Part shown: piece by piece, positions 1-9,208 of the stretch
Numbering within the stretch: position 1 is the first letter of the stretch
Layout of the letters: each line of letters opens with the position of its first letter
Origin: Planctomycetota bacterium
Lineage (GTDB): Bacteria; Planctomycetota; PLA2; JAEUHO01
Assembly: GCA_965223505.1 (NCBI GenBank)
Contig: CBDCWP010000041.1
Location: 100,994 to 164,993, forward strand
Direction: 5' to 3'
Length of the DNA stretch: 64,000 nucleotides
Notes under the pieces: model-generated
What the model saw: only the letters and a program-made list of their open reading frames with translations
Databases searched by the model: none
What the model was told of the DNA's origin: nothing
Position numbers and translations under genes: made by a program

Positions 1-459
1 TCCTACGTCGAACTGCGCCGGACATCCGGATCCGGAGTCCCCGATGATCGCGAATCGGAGCGGACGATCGGGATCGCTGCCGATCGGCGAGCACGGGTGG
101 AAAGCACCGACGGCGCGACCATCGTGCAGAATCTGGTACGCGCACCCTGCCTCGAGACCTCGGATGGTGATCTCGTGGTCGAGACGGGACCCGACTTCAC
201 GCAACTCTCGAGGTCGCTGACCCGGGGCGCCAACATAGCGAAGGCCGCCTCGCACCGGTTCCGTCGATCGCCAGAGGACGGTGATGCCGTCCCTCGTCGG
301 ATGCACCACGTACGGGCCGTAGTGAATGCCCCTCGGGAACTTGACCACCGGCCAGTAGTTCTTGGAGCCGCTGCCGCAGGCCGTGAGCAGCGGCGGGATG
401 CTGCCGGCGAGGGCCGTGCCGGCCATCCAACGCAGCAAGCGGCGCCGATCAAGCTCCAT
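1..459 (-). CDS. Tat-exported lipoprotein metallophosphoesterase (purple acid phosphatase-like), 5' part; runs off window start
   Basis: Not in ORF track. Manual translation: MELDRRRLLRWMAGTALAGSIPPLLTAC (twin-Arg plus lipobox), then an FN3-like region (GPYVVHPTRDGITVLWRST...HEITIRGLEAG) and LRFAIIGDSG (first metallophosphoesterase motif). Overlaps the upstream gene's stop. Confidence 0.8.
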   Translation of the reverse strand, partial: MELDRRRLLRWMAGTALAGSIPPLLTACGSGSKNYWPVVKFPRGIHYGPYVVHPTRDGITVLWRSTEPVRGGLRYVGAPGQRPRELREVGSRLDHEITIRGLEAGCAYQILHDGRAVGAFHPCSPIGSDPDRPLRFAIIGDSGSGCPAQFDVG

Positions 460-1093
460 CGCGTGCCTCGGCCCGGTGGGCCACGCACCACTCGATCATG
501 CCGATCAGGATGAGCATGTAGCCGAGCAGCTCGACCGACTCCTCCCCCATGCGCCGGGCGAGGAACGGCACCCCCTCACCGACGATGGGCTCCCAGATCG
601 CTCGCTCGTCGAGCAGCGCCCCGAACCGGTGGGCGAGCGCGCCGGCAGCGCACCACGGGAGTCCGGAGCGCATGAAGACCATCAGACTGCTGCCGAGCGA
701 CCGGCGGTGCGGCCACGCGAGCGCGACGCTCCCGAGCGCGATGGCGGCCACGATGAACTTCCAGATGTCGTAGTACTCGAGCGGCGTGTTGAGCTCCCGA
801 ACCAGCAGCGCGAGGAAGGCCCCTGTGGCAAGGATCGACAGCGGCCGCGCGGCCGGACGGCGCAGGAGCAGGAGCACGCAGATCGAGAGCGACACGCCGA
901 GCAGGCCGACCTGCGCGTTCTCGATCCGCCGGTGTTCGCCGAAGACCGCTTCCGCGTCGTCCATGGGCATCCAGACGAACAGCGTGTGGCTCACGACGAA
1001 GAAGGCGAGCGCGTACAGGCCCAGGCGCAAGAGCGGACCGTAGCGCCTGCGGAACGGCTCGTCGGGCAGCGGGTCGATCGGCGCGTTCATCAA
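449..1093 (-). CDS. Multi-pass membrane protein, function unknown
   Basis: About 6 hydrophobic segments; tightly packed between two phosphatase genes. Confidence 0.75.
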   Translation of the reverse strand: MMNAPIDPLPDEPFRRRYGPLLRLGLYALAFFVVSHTLFVWMPMDDAEAVFGEHRRIENAQVGLLGVSLSICVLLLLRRPAARPLSILATGAFLALLVRELNTPLEYYDIWKFIVAAIALGSVALAWPHRRSLGSSLMVFMRSGLPWCAAGALAHRFGALLDERAIWEPIVGEGVPFLARRMGEESVELLGYMLILIGMIEWCVAHRAEARDGA

Positions 1094-1105
1094 CAGCGCG
1101 GAAGT

Positions 1106-2356
1106 CTACTTGACCGCCGCCTCCGATGCCGTCATTCGCATCTGGGAGCAGCGGAAGGTGCGCTCGGCCTTGACGGACCCGTCGCGCAGGAACACGCGCA
1201 CCTCGACGGACGGGTCTTCGGCAGTCGTATCGAACGTCAGCGTCGCGAAGCTGCCCTCGTAGTCGCGCTGGATGCCCGACGAGATCACTTCCACCAGGTC
1301 GTAGAAGCCGGTCTCGGCCGCGGGATGCACGCGGATCTCGCTGCGATGCAGGTCGCCGGAGAGGTAGAGAACGCCTTCGATGCGACGATCGGCGATCGCC
1401 TTGAAGAGCCGGCGGCGCGAGAAGTCGTAGTGGGCCCAGCTGTCGTCGGGCTTGTCCTTCATGGTGCTGCCGGACGCGAGCACCTTGAACGTCGCCTTGG
1501 AGGCCGCGAGCCGTTGCAGGAGCCAGCGAAACTGCGCGTCGCCGAGCATGCGCTTGCGGTGGTCGTTGCGTGCCTTCACGGGGCTGCGGTGGTAGCGGCC
1601 GTCGAGCACGAAGAAATCGACGTCACCCCAGGAGAAGTCGAAGAACGTGCCGGGGACACCGGGCGCCCCGAAGGACGGGTTGGCCCAGACCTCCTTGAAC
1701 GTGCGTAGCGCCTCGGCCTTGCCCGGCTCGGTTCCGTCGGCGTTGTCGCCGGCGAAGTCGTGATCGTCCCAGACGGCGTAGGTCGCCGCGCGGCCGATGG
1801 CGACGCGGAAGGCTTCGACGTTGCGCATGTCGAGGTACGCCTTCCAGAGCCTGCTGCGCTTGGTCGTGTCGGCGTAGACGTTGTCGCCGAGCAGGAGCTG
1901 GAACACCGGCTTCTGCTCGAGCAGCACGTGCCAGGTGTGCGGCAACACCTTCGGCTTCATGCAGGACGCGGTGGCCATCGTGAAGCGCGACGGGGTGCCC
2001 TTGCGCGGCGGGGTCCGGAAGCTGCCACGGTGGCGGGGACTGCGGCCTTGTCCCACCGCGACGCGATACACGTAGTCGGTGTCGGGCTCGAGCCCGGTCA
2101 ATCGAGCGCGCGCCATGCGCGGCCCGTTGGCGGCGGTGCTGGTGCGTGCGACGCGCGCTTCGCCGATCGGCGCGCCGGCCTCGCGGTAGAAGACGCGCAG
2201 GCCGCTCGCGCTCGGGTGATGTGCCCAGATGATCGCTTCGGTCGGCCCGACGTGTCCGACCATCGGACCGGAGAGGCTGGGTCCGCGTGCCGCAGGCGAA
2301 TGACCGTCCGCGACGAGCAGCACGAGCAGGACACAGGCGGCGAGCCGAGTTCGCAT
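1106..2356 (-). CDS. phoD: Alkaline phosphatase D (PhoD) family protein
   Basis: Signal peptide MRTRLAACVLLVLLVA; FN3-like N-domain; motifs LGDNVYAD, WDDHDF, LDGRYHRS, LSGDLH. Confidence 0.9.
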   Translation of the reverse strand: MRTRLAACVLLVLLVADGHSPAARGPSLSGPMVGHVGPTEAIIWAHHPSASGLRVFYREAGAPIGEARVARTSTAANGPRMARARLTGLEPDTDYVYRVAVGQGRSPRHRGSFRTPPRKGTPSRFTMATASCMKPKVLPHTWHVLLEQKPVFQLLLGDNVYADTTKRSRLWKAYLDMRNVEAFRVAIGRAATYAVWDDHDFAGDNADGTEPGKAEALRTFKEVWANPSFGAPGVPGTFFDFSWGDVDFFVLDGRYHRSPVKARNDHRKRMLGDAQFRWLLQRLAASKATFKVLASGSTMKDKPDDSWAHYDFSRRRLFKAIADRRIEGVLYLSGDLHRSEIRVHPAAETGFYDLVEVISSGIQRDYEGSFATLTFDTTAEDPSVEVRVFLRDGSVKAERTFRCSQMRMTASEAAVK

Positions 2357-2423
2357 GCGCACGACGGTACTCGGGAGCGACGGCGCCGACCACGAACGGC
2401 AGCCACGGGGACAGGCTCGACTG

Positions 2424-2554
2424 CGCGCGCGGGCCGCGACCGTCTTCGCGGCCCGTCGCCTCCGGGCACACCTCGGGCCCCGACCGATCACGTGCTTCGC
2501 TCTCACACGAGCAGCGCCGCGCGCGGGCCGCGACTGTCTTCGCGGCCCGTCGCC
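2424..2554. repeat. Two 37-bp palindromic direct repeats (2424-2460, 2518-2554)
   Basis: cgcgcgcgggccgcgac(c/t)gtcttcgcggcccgtcgcc, 36/37 identical; internal hairpin cgggccgcga-N6-tcgcggcccg; 57-bp spacer. Confidence 0.85.
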
Positions 2555-2557
2555 AGT

Positions 2558-2597
2558 AAACAAAAAAAGGGGCCGCGGCATGCGCCGCGGCCCCTTT
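2558..2597 (-). terminator. Rho-independent terminator of the 2622-5114 gene
   Basis: Perfect stem aaaggggccgcggc/gccgcggccccttt with 4-nt loop, followed on the minus strand by a T-run. Confidence 0.85.
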
Positions 2598-2621
2598 GGA
2601 TTGCTTGTCCTGTCGCTGCGA

Positions 2622-5114
2622 CTACTGCGACGCGGTGCTGGCCACGCGGCGCACGCCCGGAATCGGAACCGGGCTGTAGAAGCTCAGAGCGCCGGACACC
2701 TGCTCGATGACCGTGACCTTGCCCTCGCCGGCCGCACAGATGTACAGCTCGCTGGCATTGTCCCAGGTCGCGTCGGTCGCGTTGACGCCGCGCTGGTTGG
2801 CGTTCTGCTGCGTGCCGCTGTACTGGTAGCCCAACGGCAGCGGGCCGTTACAGCCCAGCGAGCCGATCGGCGCGATGCACGGCGGGAAGTACGACGGACG
2901 GTGCGCGAGACTCGTCGGGTTGTTCCCGATCTCGTCGAAGCGGCTGATGATGGCCGGCACGTTGAACGTACCCGTCACGAAGCCGAGCGTGGAGATCGCG
3001 TCGGAGCCCGACTCGGCCACGGCCCAGAAGGCCTGGCTGGTGAGCGGAATGAACACGTTGTCCAGGCCCGCCGGTCCGTCGAAGCCCGTGAGGTCACCCA
3101 CGATGCTGTCCGGACGCGCCGGGGTGCTGGCGCCGGTGACACAGCCCGGGCCGGCGATGTAGTACGCCACTTTGCCCTGGCCGGACAGGCCGCCCTGCGA
3201 GATCGAGGCGAACATGATGACCGGGTTGCCGAAGCACGGGCTCAGGGAGATGTCGTTCGGCGACGATCCCGCACCCAGTGCGAACTGCTTGACCGGCTCG
3301 TCCGACGCCAGCGTCGTCGTGTTGACCACGCCGTCCGTCTTGTCGATGTACATCACGACCTCGTTGCCGGGGCCCGTGAACGGACCTTCACGGTTCCAGT
3401 GATCCGGGATCAACGCCGGCGCCGGCGGCGCCGAGATCGTGATGCCGGTCGGCGTGTTGCCGGTCGGCGTGATCGAGTTGATGAAGATCGGACCGTTCAG
3501 GAACTGCGCACCCGGCGTCACGTTGCCCAGGCTGTAGGCCGTGAACGTGTTCGCGGACGAGTTCGTCACCAGGAGCACCTTCGCGCCCTGGTTCGCCGTC
3601 TGACAGGCGATGCCACCCGGGCTCGGCGTGTTGATCAGCGCCACCGGGATCATGTTCTTCGTCTGGATGATCGCGACCTGGCCGCTGTCGGCCGACTGCA
3701 CGTAGGCCCAGCTGTGGTGCTCGGCGAACGACGTGCGGGTGTCGATCAGGATCTCGCCAGGCGAGAAGTTCGGGATGTTGGTGCTGTTCGCGATGGTGTC
3801 GTTGAACGGCGGAAGCACGTTCTCCGGCACACCCAGCGGGAACTGCTGCGCACCCGTGAACTGATCCGCGAGCCCCTGCTGGTTGACGGTGTCGATGACG
3901 CCGACGCGGTCCGAAGCGGACCACCAGATCGCGTACTCGGGGAACGGGCAGTTCGGCAGGTCCGGCGGCGCCAGCGTCTGGAACTGGAAGGAGTCCGAGA
4001 ACTCCATCTTGTTGCCGGCCAGGTCCGCGATGGGCGCCTGGTTCGTCGGCATGCCGTTGCCGTCCGGGTCTTCACCGACGATCGTCACCTGGATCTGGGT
4101 GCCGAACGGGAAGCCGCCGGTCGTCGGGTCCACGCGCCAGAGGATCTCGTGGCCGTTCGACGGCAGCGTCTCACGGTCGTTGTCGCTCTTCAGCTTCGGG
4201 AAGCCGGGCGCGGGCGCCAGCTGCGGCGGCGCACCACCACCGGGCACGAAGGCGCCGGCGTCGATGACGGTGATGTTGTTGGCGTTCACGGTCGTCGCCG
4301 TGATGCCCTCGGTGAAGCGGATCGTGATGTCCGGCGAGGTCGGGCCGAAGACGTTGGTCGTCACGTCGGCCACACCCTCGACGCCCGGGGGCACCGCAGG
4401 CGGCGGCGCGCCGGCGCCCACGTTCTGCTCGCCGTTGACCGGGTTCGTGGTCAGGACGCGCGGACGAATCGTGTCTTTCGCACCGACGGTGAAGGCGTGG
4501 AAGACAGGGCCCTTGACCATCTCCTTGTTCTCGGTGTTCTTGATGTTCTTGAACGCCGCGATCGTGTACTGGCCGTCGGGCATCGACGTCACCCAGCCCG
4601 AGGCGTTGTTGTTCGGGCCGGCGTTGGCGAACGGCGGCAGCGGCTGACAACGGATGATGTGGTCGAGCGGCTGGATCGGAACCACCGGAAGACCGGTGAC
4701 CGGGTCCGTGTACGGAGCGGTCGGCTCGAGGATCTCGATCGCGATCTGGATGTTGCCGACGCCCGGAATCTCCTGCGTGACCTGCAGGGCCGACGGGTCG
4801 ACGCCCAGCGCAGGACTCCCACCGAGGAAGAGCGAGCTGAACAAGATCGCCGTGTCTTCCTGGAAGTTGATCACGATCTCACCCGGGAAGCGGGGATCCG
4901 TCGACACGGTGAGAGCGTTGTTCGTGAACGTGGGGTTCTGCTGCAGATTCGCGAAGTCAATGGGCGAAAGGAACGGCGAGAAACTGCGCACCACGGGTCG
5001 ATCCACGTGGTCCGAGGCCGGACTGCCCCCAATACCGCCGCAACCCGTAACCAGCAGCGAAGTGGCTGCGATCACGACCAATGCGGCCGGCACGATTCGA
5101 GTGCTTCGAAGCAT
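2622..5114 (-). CDS. Large surface lipoprotein with Ig-like (Big_5-type) domain(s) and beta-propeller-like C-terminus
   Basis: Lipobox LLVTGC; DTIRPRVLTTNP...ITIRFTE...IADLAGN Ig signature; YVTN-like blades (TGNTPTGITI, IGNNPTSLA). Confidence 0.8.
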   Translation of the reverse strand: MLRSTRIVPAALVVIAATSLLVTGCGGIGGSPASDHVDRPVVRSFSPFLSPIDFANLQQNPTFTNNALTVSTDPRFPGEIVINFQEDTAILFSSLFLGGSPALGVDPSALQVTQEIPGVGNIQIAIEILEPTAPYTDPVTGLPVVPIQPLDHIIRCQPLPPFANAGPNNNASGWVTSMPDGQYTIAAFKNIKNTENKEMVKGPVFHAFTVGAKDTIRPRVLTTNPVNGEQNVGAGAPPPAVPPGVEGVADVTTNVFGPTSPDITIRFTEGITATTVNANNITVIDAGAFVPGGGAPPQLAPAPGFPKLKSDNDRETLPSNGHEILWRVDPTTGGFPFGTQIQVTIVGEDPDGNGMPTNQAPIADLAGNKMEFSDSFQFQTLAPPDLPNCPFPEYAIWWSASDRVGVIDTVNQQGLADQFTGAQQFPLGVPENVLPPFNDTIANSTNIPNFSPGEILIDTRTSFAEHHSWAYVQSADSGQVAIIQTKNMIPVALINTPSPGGIACQTANQGAKVLLVTNSSANTFTAYSLGNVTPGAQFLNGPIFINSITPTGNTPTGITISAPPAPALIPDHWNREGPFTGPGNEVVMYIDKTDGVVNTTTLASDEPVKQFALGAGSSPNDISLSPCFGNPVIMFASISQGGLSGQGKVAYYIAGPGCVTGASTPARPDSIVGDLTGFDGPAGLDNVFIPLTSQAFWAVAESGSDAISTLGFVTGTFNVPAIISRFDEIGNNPTSLAHRPSYFPPCIAPIGSLGCNGPLPLGYQYSGTQQNANQRGVNATDATWDNASELYICAAGEGKVTVIEQVSGALSFYSPVPIPGVRRVASTASQ

Positions 5115-5616
5115 CTAGGAAACTCCCATCTTGGCCGTGTGCCCCCCGACAGACGCGCGCGGCCTGGGTTATAGGAAGGTGCCGGAAAGGCCGCAAGCAT
5201 CCGAGGCTGCCTCGCCTACCGACTCCTTCTCTCGATCTGGCTTGTATTCCTGCTCTTTCGCCCGCCCGCATGCCCCCTCGCAGGGGCCCCACCCGGCCGT
5301 TCCAGCAACCCCACGGGCCCCCGGGGAGGCGCGCAGAGCCGAACCTGCGGGGCTGGATTGGCCGTCACAGACGAGGTCCGGCCCCTGTTCCGCAAGCCTC
5401 ATGCCACGGCCGAACCTGAATCTGGGTCTCTAACTCATTTCAGAAACGCATCTTACAGTCTCCGGGTATCGCGCGCGCGGCACGCCCGACGTGCATCGTG
5501 CGCTTTTGCAACAACACGAACCGCGCCCTTTGGCTCCTGTGCGCCGGACAGCCGCACCACGGCCGCGCTTCTCGTAGGATCGCTGCGGACCCCCTCCCGG
5601 CCGCCGGAGCCTCGCC

Positions 5617-6300
5617 ATGATTCGACCCCGATTCGTTTGTCTCGCGTTTGTCATGGCGGTGTTTTCGGCCTCTCCGGCGCTTGCAGACGAGCCGGCTGCG
5701 GACGCCGTGGTCCTGGACACCGGCGAGCGCATCGCGTGCGAGATCCTGGCGGCGAGCGAGGAGACCGTGCGTGTGCGGATCGGCGCCCAGACGTACGACT
5801 TCGAGCGCTCGACGCTCACCTCGATCGAGCGCGCCGGCAAGCCCGAGCTCGACCCGGCGCACTTGCGTTTCGTGCGTGATCTGGCGCCGCGACTGGTGCA
5901 CGCCGACGCGCGGCTCGCCAAGGCGGCGCAGGCCGGCCTGGCCGCGCTCGGCGAAGAGGGCCGGCCGTATCTCGAGGCCGTCGCCAACACGTCGAAGGAC
6001 GCGAACGTGAGCGCCGCGCTGCGCGCGGTGCTGAGGCCGGACCGCGCCGAGCGGCAGCCGGCGCCGTCTCCGACGGCGATGATCGACGCCTGGATCGAGC
6101 GGTCCAAGACCACGCTCGCGCTCGAGGCGGCGCAGGAGCCGGGATTTCGCAAGGCGCTCGAGTCGTTCTTCCAGGAAGGCCGCTCGTCCGGAGACTGGCA
6201 AGCTGCGTGGAAGAGTCTGCGCGAGGCATTGGCGAAGTTCCTGACCGATGCGCAGATGAAGAAGTTCGACGCCATGCGCACCCAGCGGGGCGGCGGCTAA
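5617..6300 (+). CDS. Secreted hypothetical protein with HEAT-like helices
   Basis: GGAG RBS; signal peptide ending ALA-D; helical AQAGLAALGEEGRPYLE segment. Confidence 0.75.
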   Translation: MIRPRFVCLAFVMAVFSASPALADEPAADAVVLDTGERIACEILAASEETVRVRIGAQTYDFERSTLTSIERAGKPELDPAHLRFVRDLAPRLVHADARLAKAAQAGLAALGEEGRPYLEAVANTSKDANVSAALRAVLRPDRAERQPAPSPTAMIDAWIERSKTTLALEAAQEPGFRKALESFFQEGRSSGDWQAAWKSLREALAKFLTDAQMKKFDAMRTQRGGG

Positions 6301-6309
6301 GAGGAGCTC

Positions 6310-7581
6310 ATGATCCAGCGCACGCTGTTTTCGGTCGCCCTGTTCGTCGCCCTGATGGCGGGGACGGACGACGCGCGTGCGGACGTGTACGCGAACCAGA
6401 TCAAGAAGGGGATCGAGTATCTCACGCAATCCGAGAAGGCGTACCAGCAAGGCAACACGGCGCGCCAGAAGCAGCTCGCCTACAAGGCCGAGAAGCTCTT
6501 TCGCGACGCGACGACGATCCGCCCGCGCGACACGCGCGCGTACTTCCTCGGATGTCTCGCGGCCGGGCTCGCCGAGGATCTCGAACGCGGCAACGCGTGG
6601 TTGAACAACTACATCCAACGGTCCGCGTACGGCAAGCGCGACCCGGACGTCTACTTCCTGCGCGCGTATCTGGCCTACTACGCCGGCAAGCACCCGGACG
6701 CCGCCATTCGCTACCTCGAGACCATGTACGGGTTGAACGCGCGGGCGCGGGGCCGTGAACGCGACACGATCTGGTACGCCGCGCTCGTGCTGAGCGCCGA
6801 GCAGTTCGCGCAGAAGTCCGAGTGGAACAAGTCGCTTCACCGTCTGAGGGAGGCCGAGCGGATCGCGGGCAAGCGCGGATGGCGCAACAAGGTCATCGCG
6901 GCGCGCGGCAACTACGGGATCATCCTGCGCCGCGCCAATCGCCTGAAGGAGGCGATCCCGATCCTGACCGACATGATCAAGGCGGATCCCAACAGTCCCA
7001 TCTGGTACATGCAGCGCGGGCGCGCACTCGCGGGCGAGCTGCGCTGGAACGACGCGATCAAGGACTACCGCAAGGTGATCGAGCTGCTCCAGACCCGCGA
7101 GCACGCGCTCGCGATGTCGGATCACAAGGAGGTCTACCTGCGGCTCGGCAACTGCCTGCGGCACACCGTCAAGGAGTCGACGCCGGACGCCGAGAAGATC
7201 GCGACCCGCGCGGAGGCGCTGAAGCACCTGCGCAAGTACGTCGAGCTCGCGCCCAAGGACGCGCGCGGGCACAAGTGGATCGGCGCGTTCTACTACGAGG
7301 ATCTCGAGCAGCCGTACAAGGCGATTCCGTACTACCAGAAGGCGCTCGAGCTCGACTGGGCCTGCTTGTCGAACCTGCGCGACCTGATCCAGATCTACCG
7401 CGTGTTCCCGCCGCCTCCGGACCAGATGCCCAAGGACGACCCCGCCGCGTCCGAGCGGGTGCGGGCGGCGTGGAAGAAGCAGCTGGCCGCCTACGAGAAG
7501 GACCTGGCCGACAACGCCGAGAAGCGGGACGCGGAGATCAAGCGCCGGGGCGAGACCGCCGGCGGCGACACCTGCGAGTAG
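6310..7581 (+). CDS. Secreted tetratricopeptide repeat protein
   Basis: GAGGAG RBS; signal peptide; multiple TPR motifs (AIPYYQKALELD, AIKDYRKVIEL, YVELAPKDA). Confidence 0.85.
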   Translation: MIQRTLFSVALFVALMAGTDDARADVYANQIKKGIEYLTQSEKAYQQGNTARQKQLAYKAEKLFRDATTIRPRDTRAYFLGCLAAGLAEDLERGNAWLNNYIQRSAYGKRDPDVYFLRAYLAYYAGKHPDAAIRYLETMYGLNARARGRERDTIWYAALVLSAEQFAQKSEWNKSLHRLREAERIAGKRGWRNKVIAARGNYGIILRRANRLKEAIPILTDMIKADPNSPIWYMQRGRALAGELRWNDAIKDYRKVIELLQTREHALAMSDHKEVYLRLGNCLRHTVKESTPDAEKIATRAEALKHLRKYVELAPKDARGHKWIGAFYYEDLEQPYKAIPYYQKALELDWACLSNLRDLIQIYRVFPPPPDQMPKDDPAASERVRAAWKKQLAAYEKDLADNAEKRDAEIKRRGETAGGDTCE

Positions 7582-7646
7582 CCGGCAATCGTTCGCCGTC
7601 CGGACCGCCACTGGAACCCGTCCCTCGCAGTCGCTACCTTGCCGCC

Positions 7647-8024
7647 ATGCGCGCCGAAGTGATCCCCAGCTCGGACACCACCACGCTCTACCTGCGCTGG
7701 GAGGTCATCCCGGAAGGCGGAGAGCTCGACCAGATGCGTGAGCTGGGCGGTCCGGTCACGCTCGAGCTCGAGGCGACCGACTACGTGGACGTCGGGGGCA
7801 AGTACCACGAGACGGCGGCCGTCGAGGTCCCGATCTTCCCCTTCGACGGCCCGCGCAACTTCGGGCAGGCGAAGTTCACCGATCACGAGTCGCGCCGCTC
7901 GTTCATGGAGCGGCTGCAGGGCGCCGTCGTCGGGGACGTCGCCAACTTCGTCGCCGACACGGAGCCGGGCTCCCTGGACGTCGAAGGGCACGTGATCCGC
8001 GTCGCGGAGACGCGCGCGCGTTGA
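7647..8024 (+). CDS. Hypothetical protein (125 aa)
   Basis: MRAEVIPSSDTTTLYLRWEV...; host-like codon usage. Confidence 0.7.
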   Translation: MRAEVIPSSDTTTLYLRWEVIPEGGELDQMRELGGPVTLELEATDYVDVGGKYHETAAVEVPIFPFDGPRNFGQAKFTDHESRRSFMERLQGAVVGDVANFVADTEPGSLDVEGHVIRVAETRAR

Positions 8025-8060
8025 GGCGGCGGGTGCGGCGGTGTCGTCGCCCGCGGGTTG

Positions 8061-8148
8061 GTACGGGCGACCCTCGTGGTCGCCCGAGCGCTCGTCGATC
8101 GGTCGCCCACGAATGCGCGGTTCAGACAACCACAAGGGCTGCCCCTAC
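8061..8148. repeat. Inverted pair of GTAG-type REP-like elements (REPIN-like)
   Basis: gtacgggcgaccctcgtggtcgccc on + (8061-8085) and gtaggggcagcccttgtggttgtct on - (8148-8124), between convergent genes. Confidence 0.65.
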
Positions 8149-8693
8149 CGTGCTCGCCTGCGGCTCGCGCGCTTCTGCTTCGCGCTCATCGAGTACAGCG
8201 CCCACCCCATGAAGCCCACCTGCAACACGTAGGCGAGCAAGAGCCCGGTGTTCACCAGACGTCGCTCCTTGCGCGCGTCTTCGTAGGCGATCGACGCGGT
8301 CCAGAGCTCGCGCTCGTGGGTCCAATCCGCGAACGCCTCACTGCCGGCGACCGGCGCCTTGCCGGGGTCCTTGGCGCCGTGCAGCGCGCCCGCGCCGTGC
8401 CGCGCCTCGTGCTCTTCGATCTCCGCCCGCGCGGTCGCGGTGATGAGCAGGTAGAGACCGTAGTGCGCGACGGCGAGGACGGCCAGGACGACGGTGACCA
8501 TCATCCACGGAAGCTGCGGGGCCGGCGTGGGCTCCGGCGCGTCGACCTGCGGGGTCGAGGCACGTTTCTCGGGACGCGCGTCCGCGGTGCTCGTCTCGGG
8601 CACGACGACGGGGTTCCCGCACCCGGGGCACGGGACCGTCGCGCCGGGCTTGGCCCGGAACCCGGCTCGGCACTCCGGGCAGGTGGTGTTCAT
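8145..8693 (-). CDS. Zinc-ribbon membrane protein (MJ0042-like finger plus 2 TM)
   Basis: N-terminal CPEC...CPGC, Pro-rich linker, two TM helices. Confidence 0.75.
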   Translation of the reverse strand: MNTTCPECRAGFRAKPGATVPCPGCGNPVVVPETSTADARPEKRASTPQVDAPEPTPAPQLPWMMVTVVLAVLAVAHYGLYLLITATARAEIEEHEARHGAGALHGAKDPGKAPVAGSEAFADWTHERELWTASIAYEDARKERRLVNTGLLLAYVLQVGFMGWALYSMSAKQKRASRRRAR

Positions 8694-8778
8694 GCGGGCG
8701 ACCACGGGGGCAGAGGAAACCACACGCGCGCCCTCGGTGCACGCTCGTCCCGGGGACGCCGGGAGCCGTGCCGAGCGG

Positions 8779-9012
8779 TCAGACCTTCGCGGAGACCTCG
8801 TCGAGGATTTGGCGTTCGTCCGGGAACTCACCGGTTTCGAGCTTCGAGTAGATCTGCTCGTCATCGACGAACACCTCGAAACAGCCACCCCCGCGGGGTT
8901 CGAGCTCGAGGGACGTGATGTTGCGCTTCAGGCTTTCCAGGAGCAGCGACGTCAAACTGACGGCTTGCGGCTCATAGTTTCAGACCGAGCAGAATTGAAT
9001 CCGGATCTTCAT
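8779..9012 (-). CDS. SelT/SelW/SelH (Rdx) family selenoprotein, 77 aa, Sec encoded by TGA at 8982-8980
   Basis: MKIRIQFCSV[TGA]NYEPQAVSLTSLLLESLKRNITSLELEPRGGGCFEVFVDDEQIYSKLETGEFPDERQIL: CxxU plus GxFEV...YSK...FPD Rdx motifs. GGAG RBS. Missed by ORF track. Confidence 0.92.
8941..8973 (-). promoter_or_regulatory. Bacterial SECIS-like stem-loop of the SelW gene
   Basis: CGTCA-GTT-TGACG apical hairpin (8962-8950) with G-first loop 22 nt after UGA; GAGC/GCTC lower stem. Confidence 0.7.
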
Positions 9013-9208
9013 CGTCGTCTCCGAGACCGCGACTTGAGGTAGGCCCTTGACCGGGGCCGAAACCGCCTCGACGGCCGCTAGGGACCGGTCTACTCGCAAC
9101 CGGGACCCCGCGCAAAAGCCGTCAGGGGCGCAATCGGCTCCTGTTCACATCCGCCGGCGGGTGAAATCCCCTATGTGACGGCGGTTTGCCTCGCTAGGTT
9201 TCGGACCT

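Noticed and set aside
3..513. ORF-track calls 3-491, 97-513 and 197-430
   Set aside because: The real gene is in another minus frame (459 to <1) with a Tat signal and phosphoesterase motif
2424..2554. CRISPR array
   Set aside because: Only two units, 57-bp spacer, no leader or cas genes in the window; kept as a generic repeat
2355..5174. 939-aa + strand ORF, and similar long ORFs (5440-7611, 12290-14542, 37096-40281, 49695-51323, 53959-56427)
   Set aside because: Antisense or alternate-frame shadows of real genes in high-GC DNA; Arg/Ala-rich with no motifs
8494..9042. 182-aa + strand ORF
   Set aside because: Antisense shadow of the SelW selenoprotein and the zinc-ribbon gene
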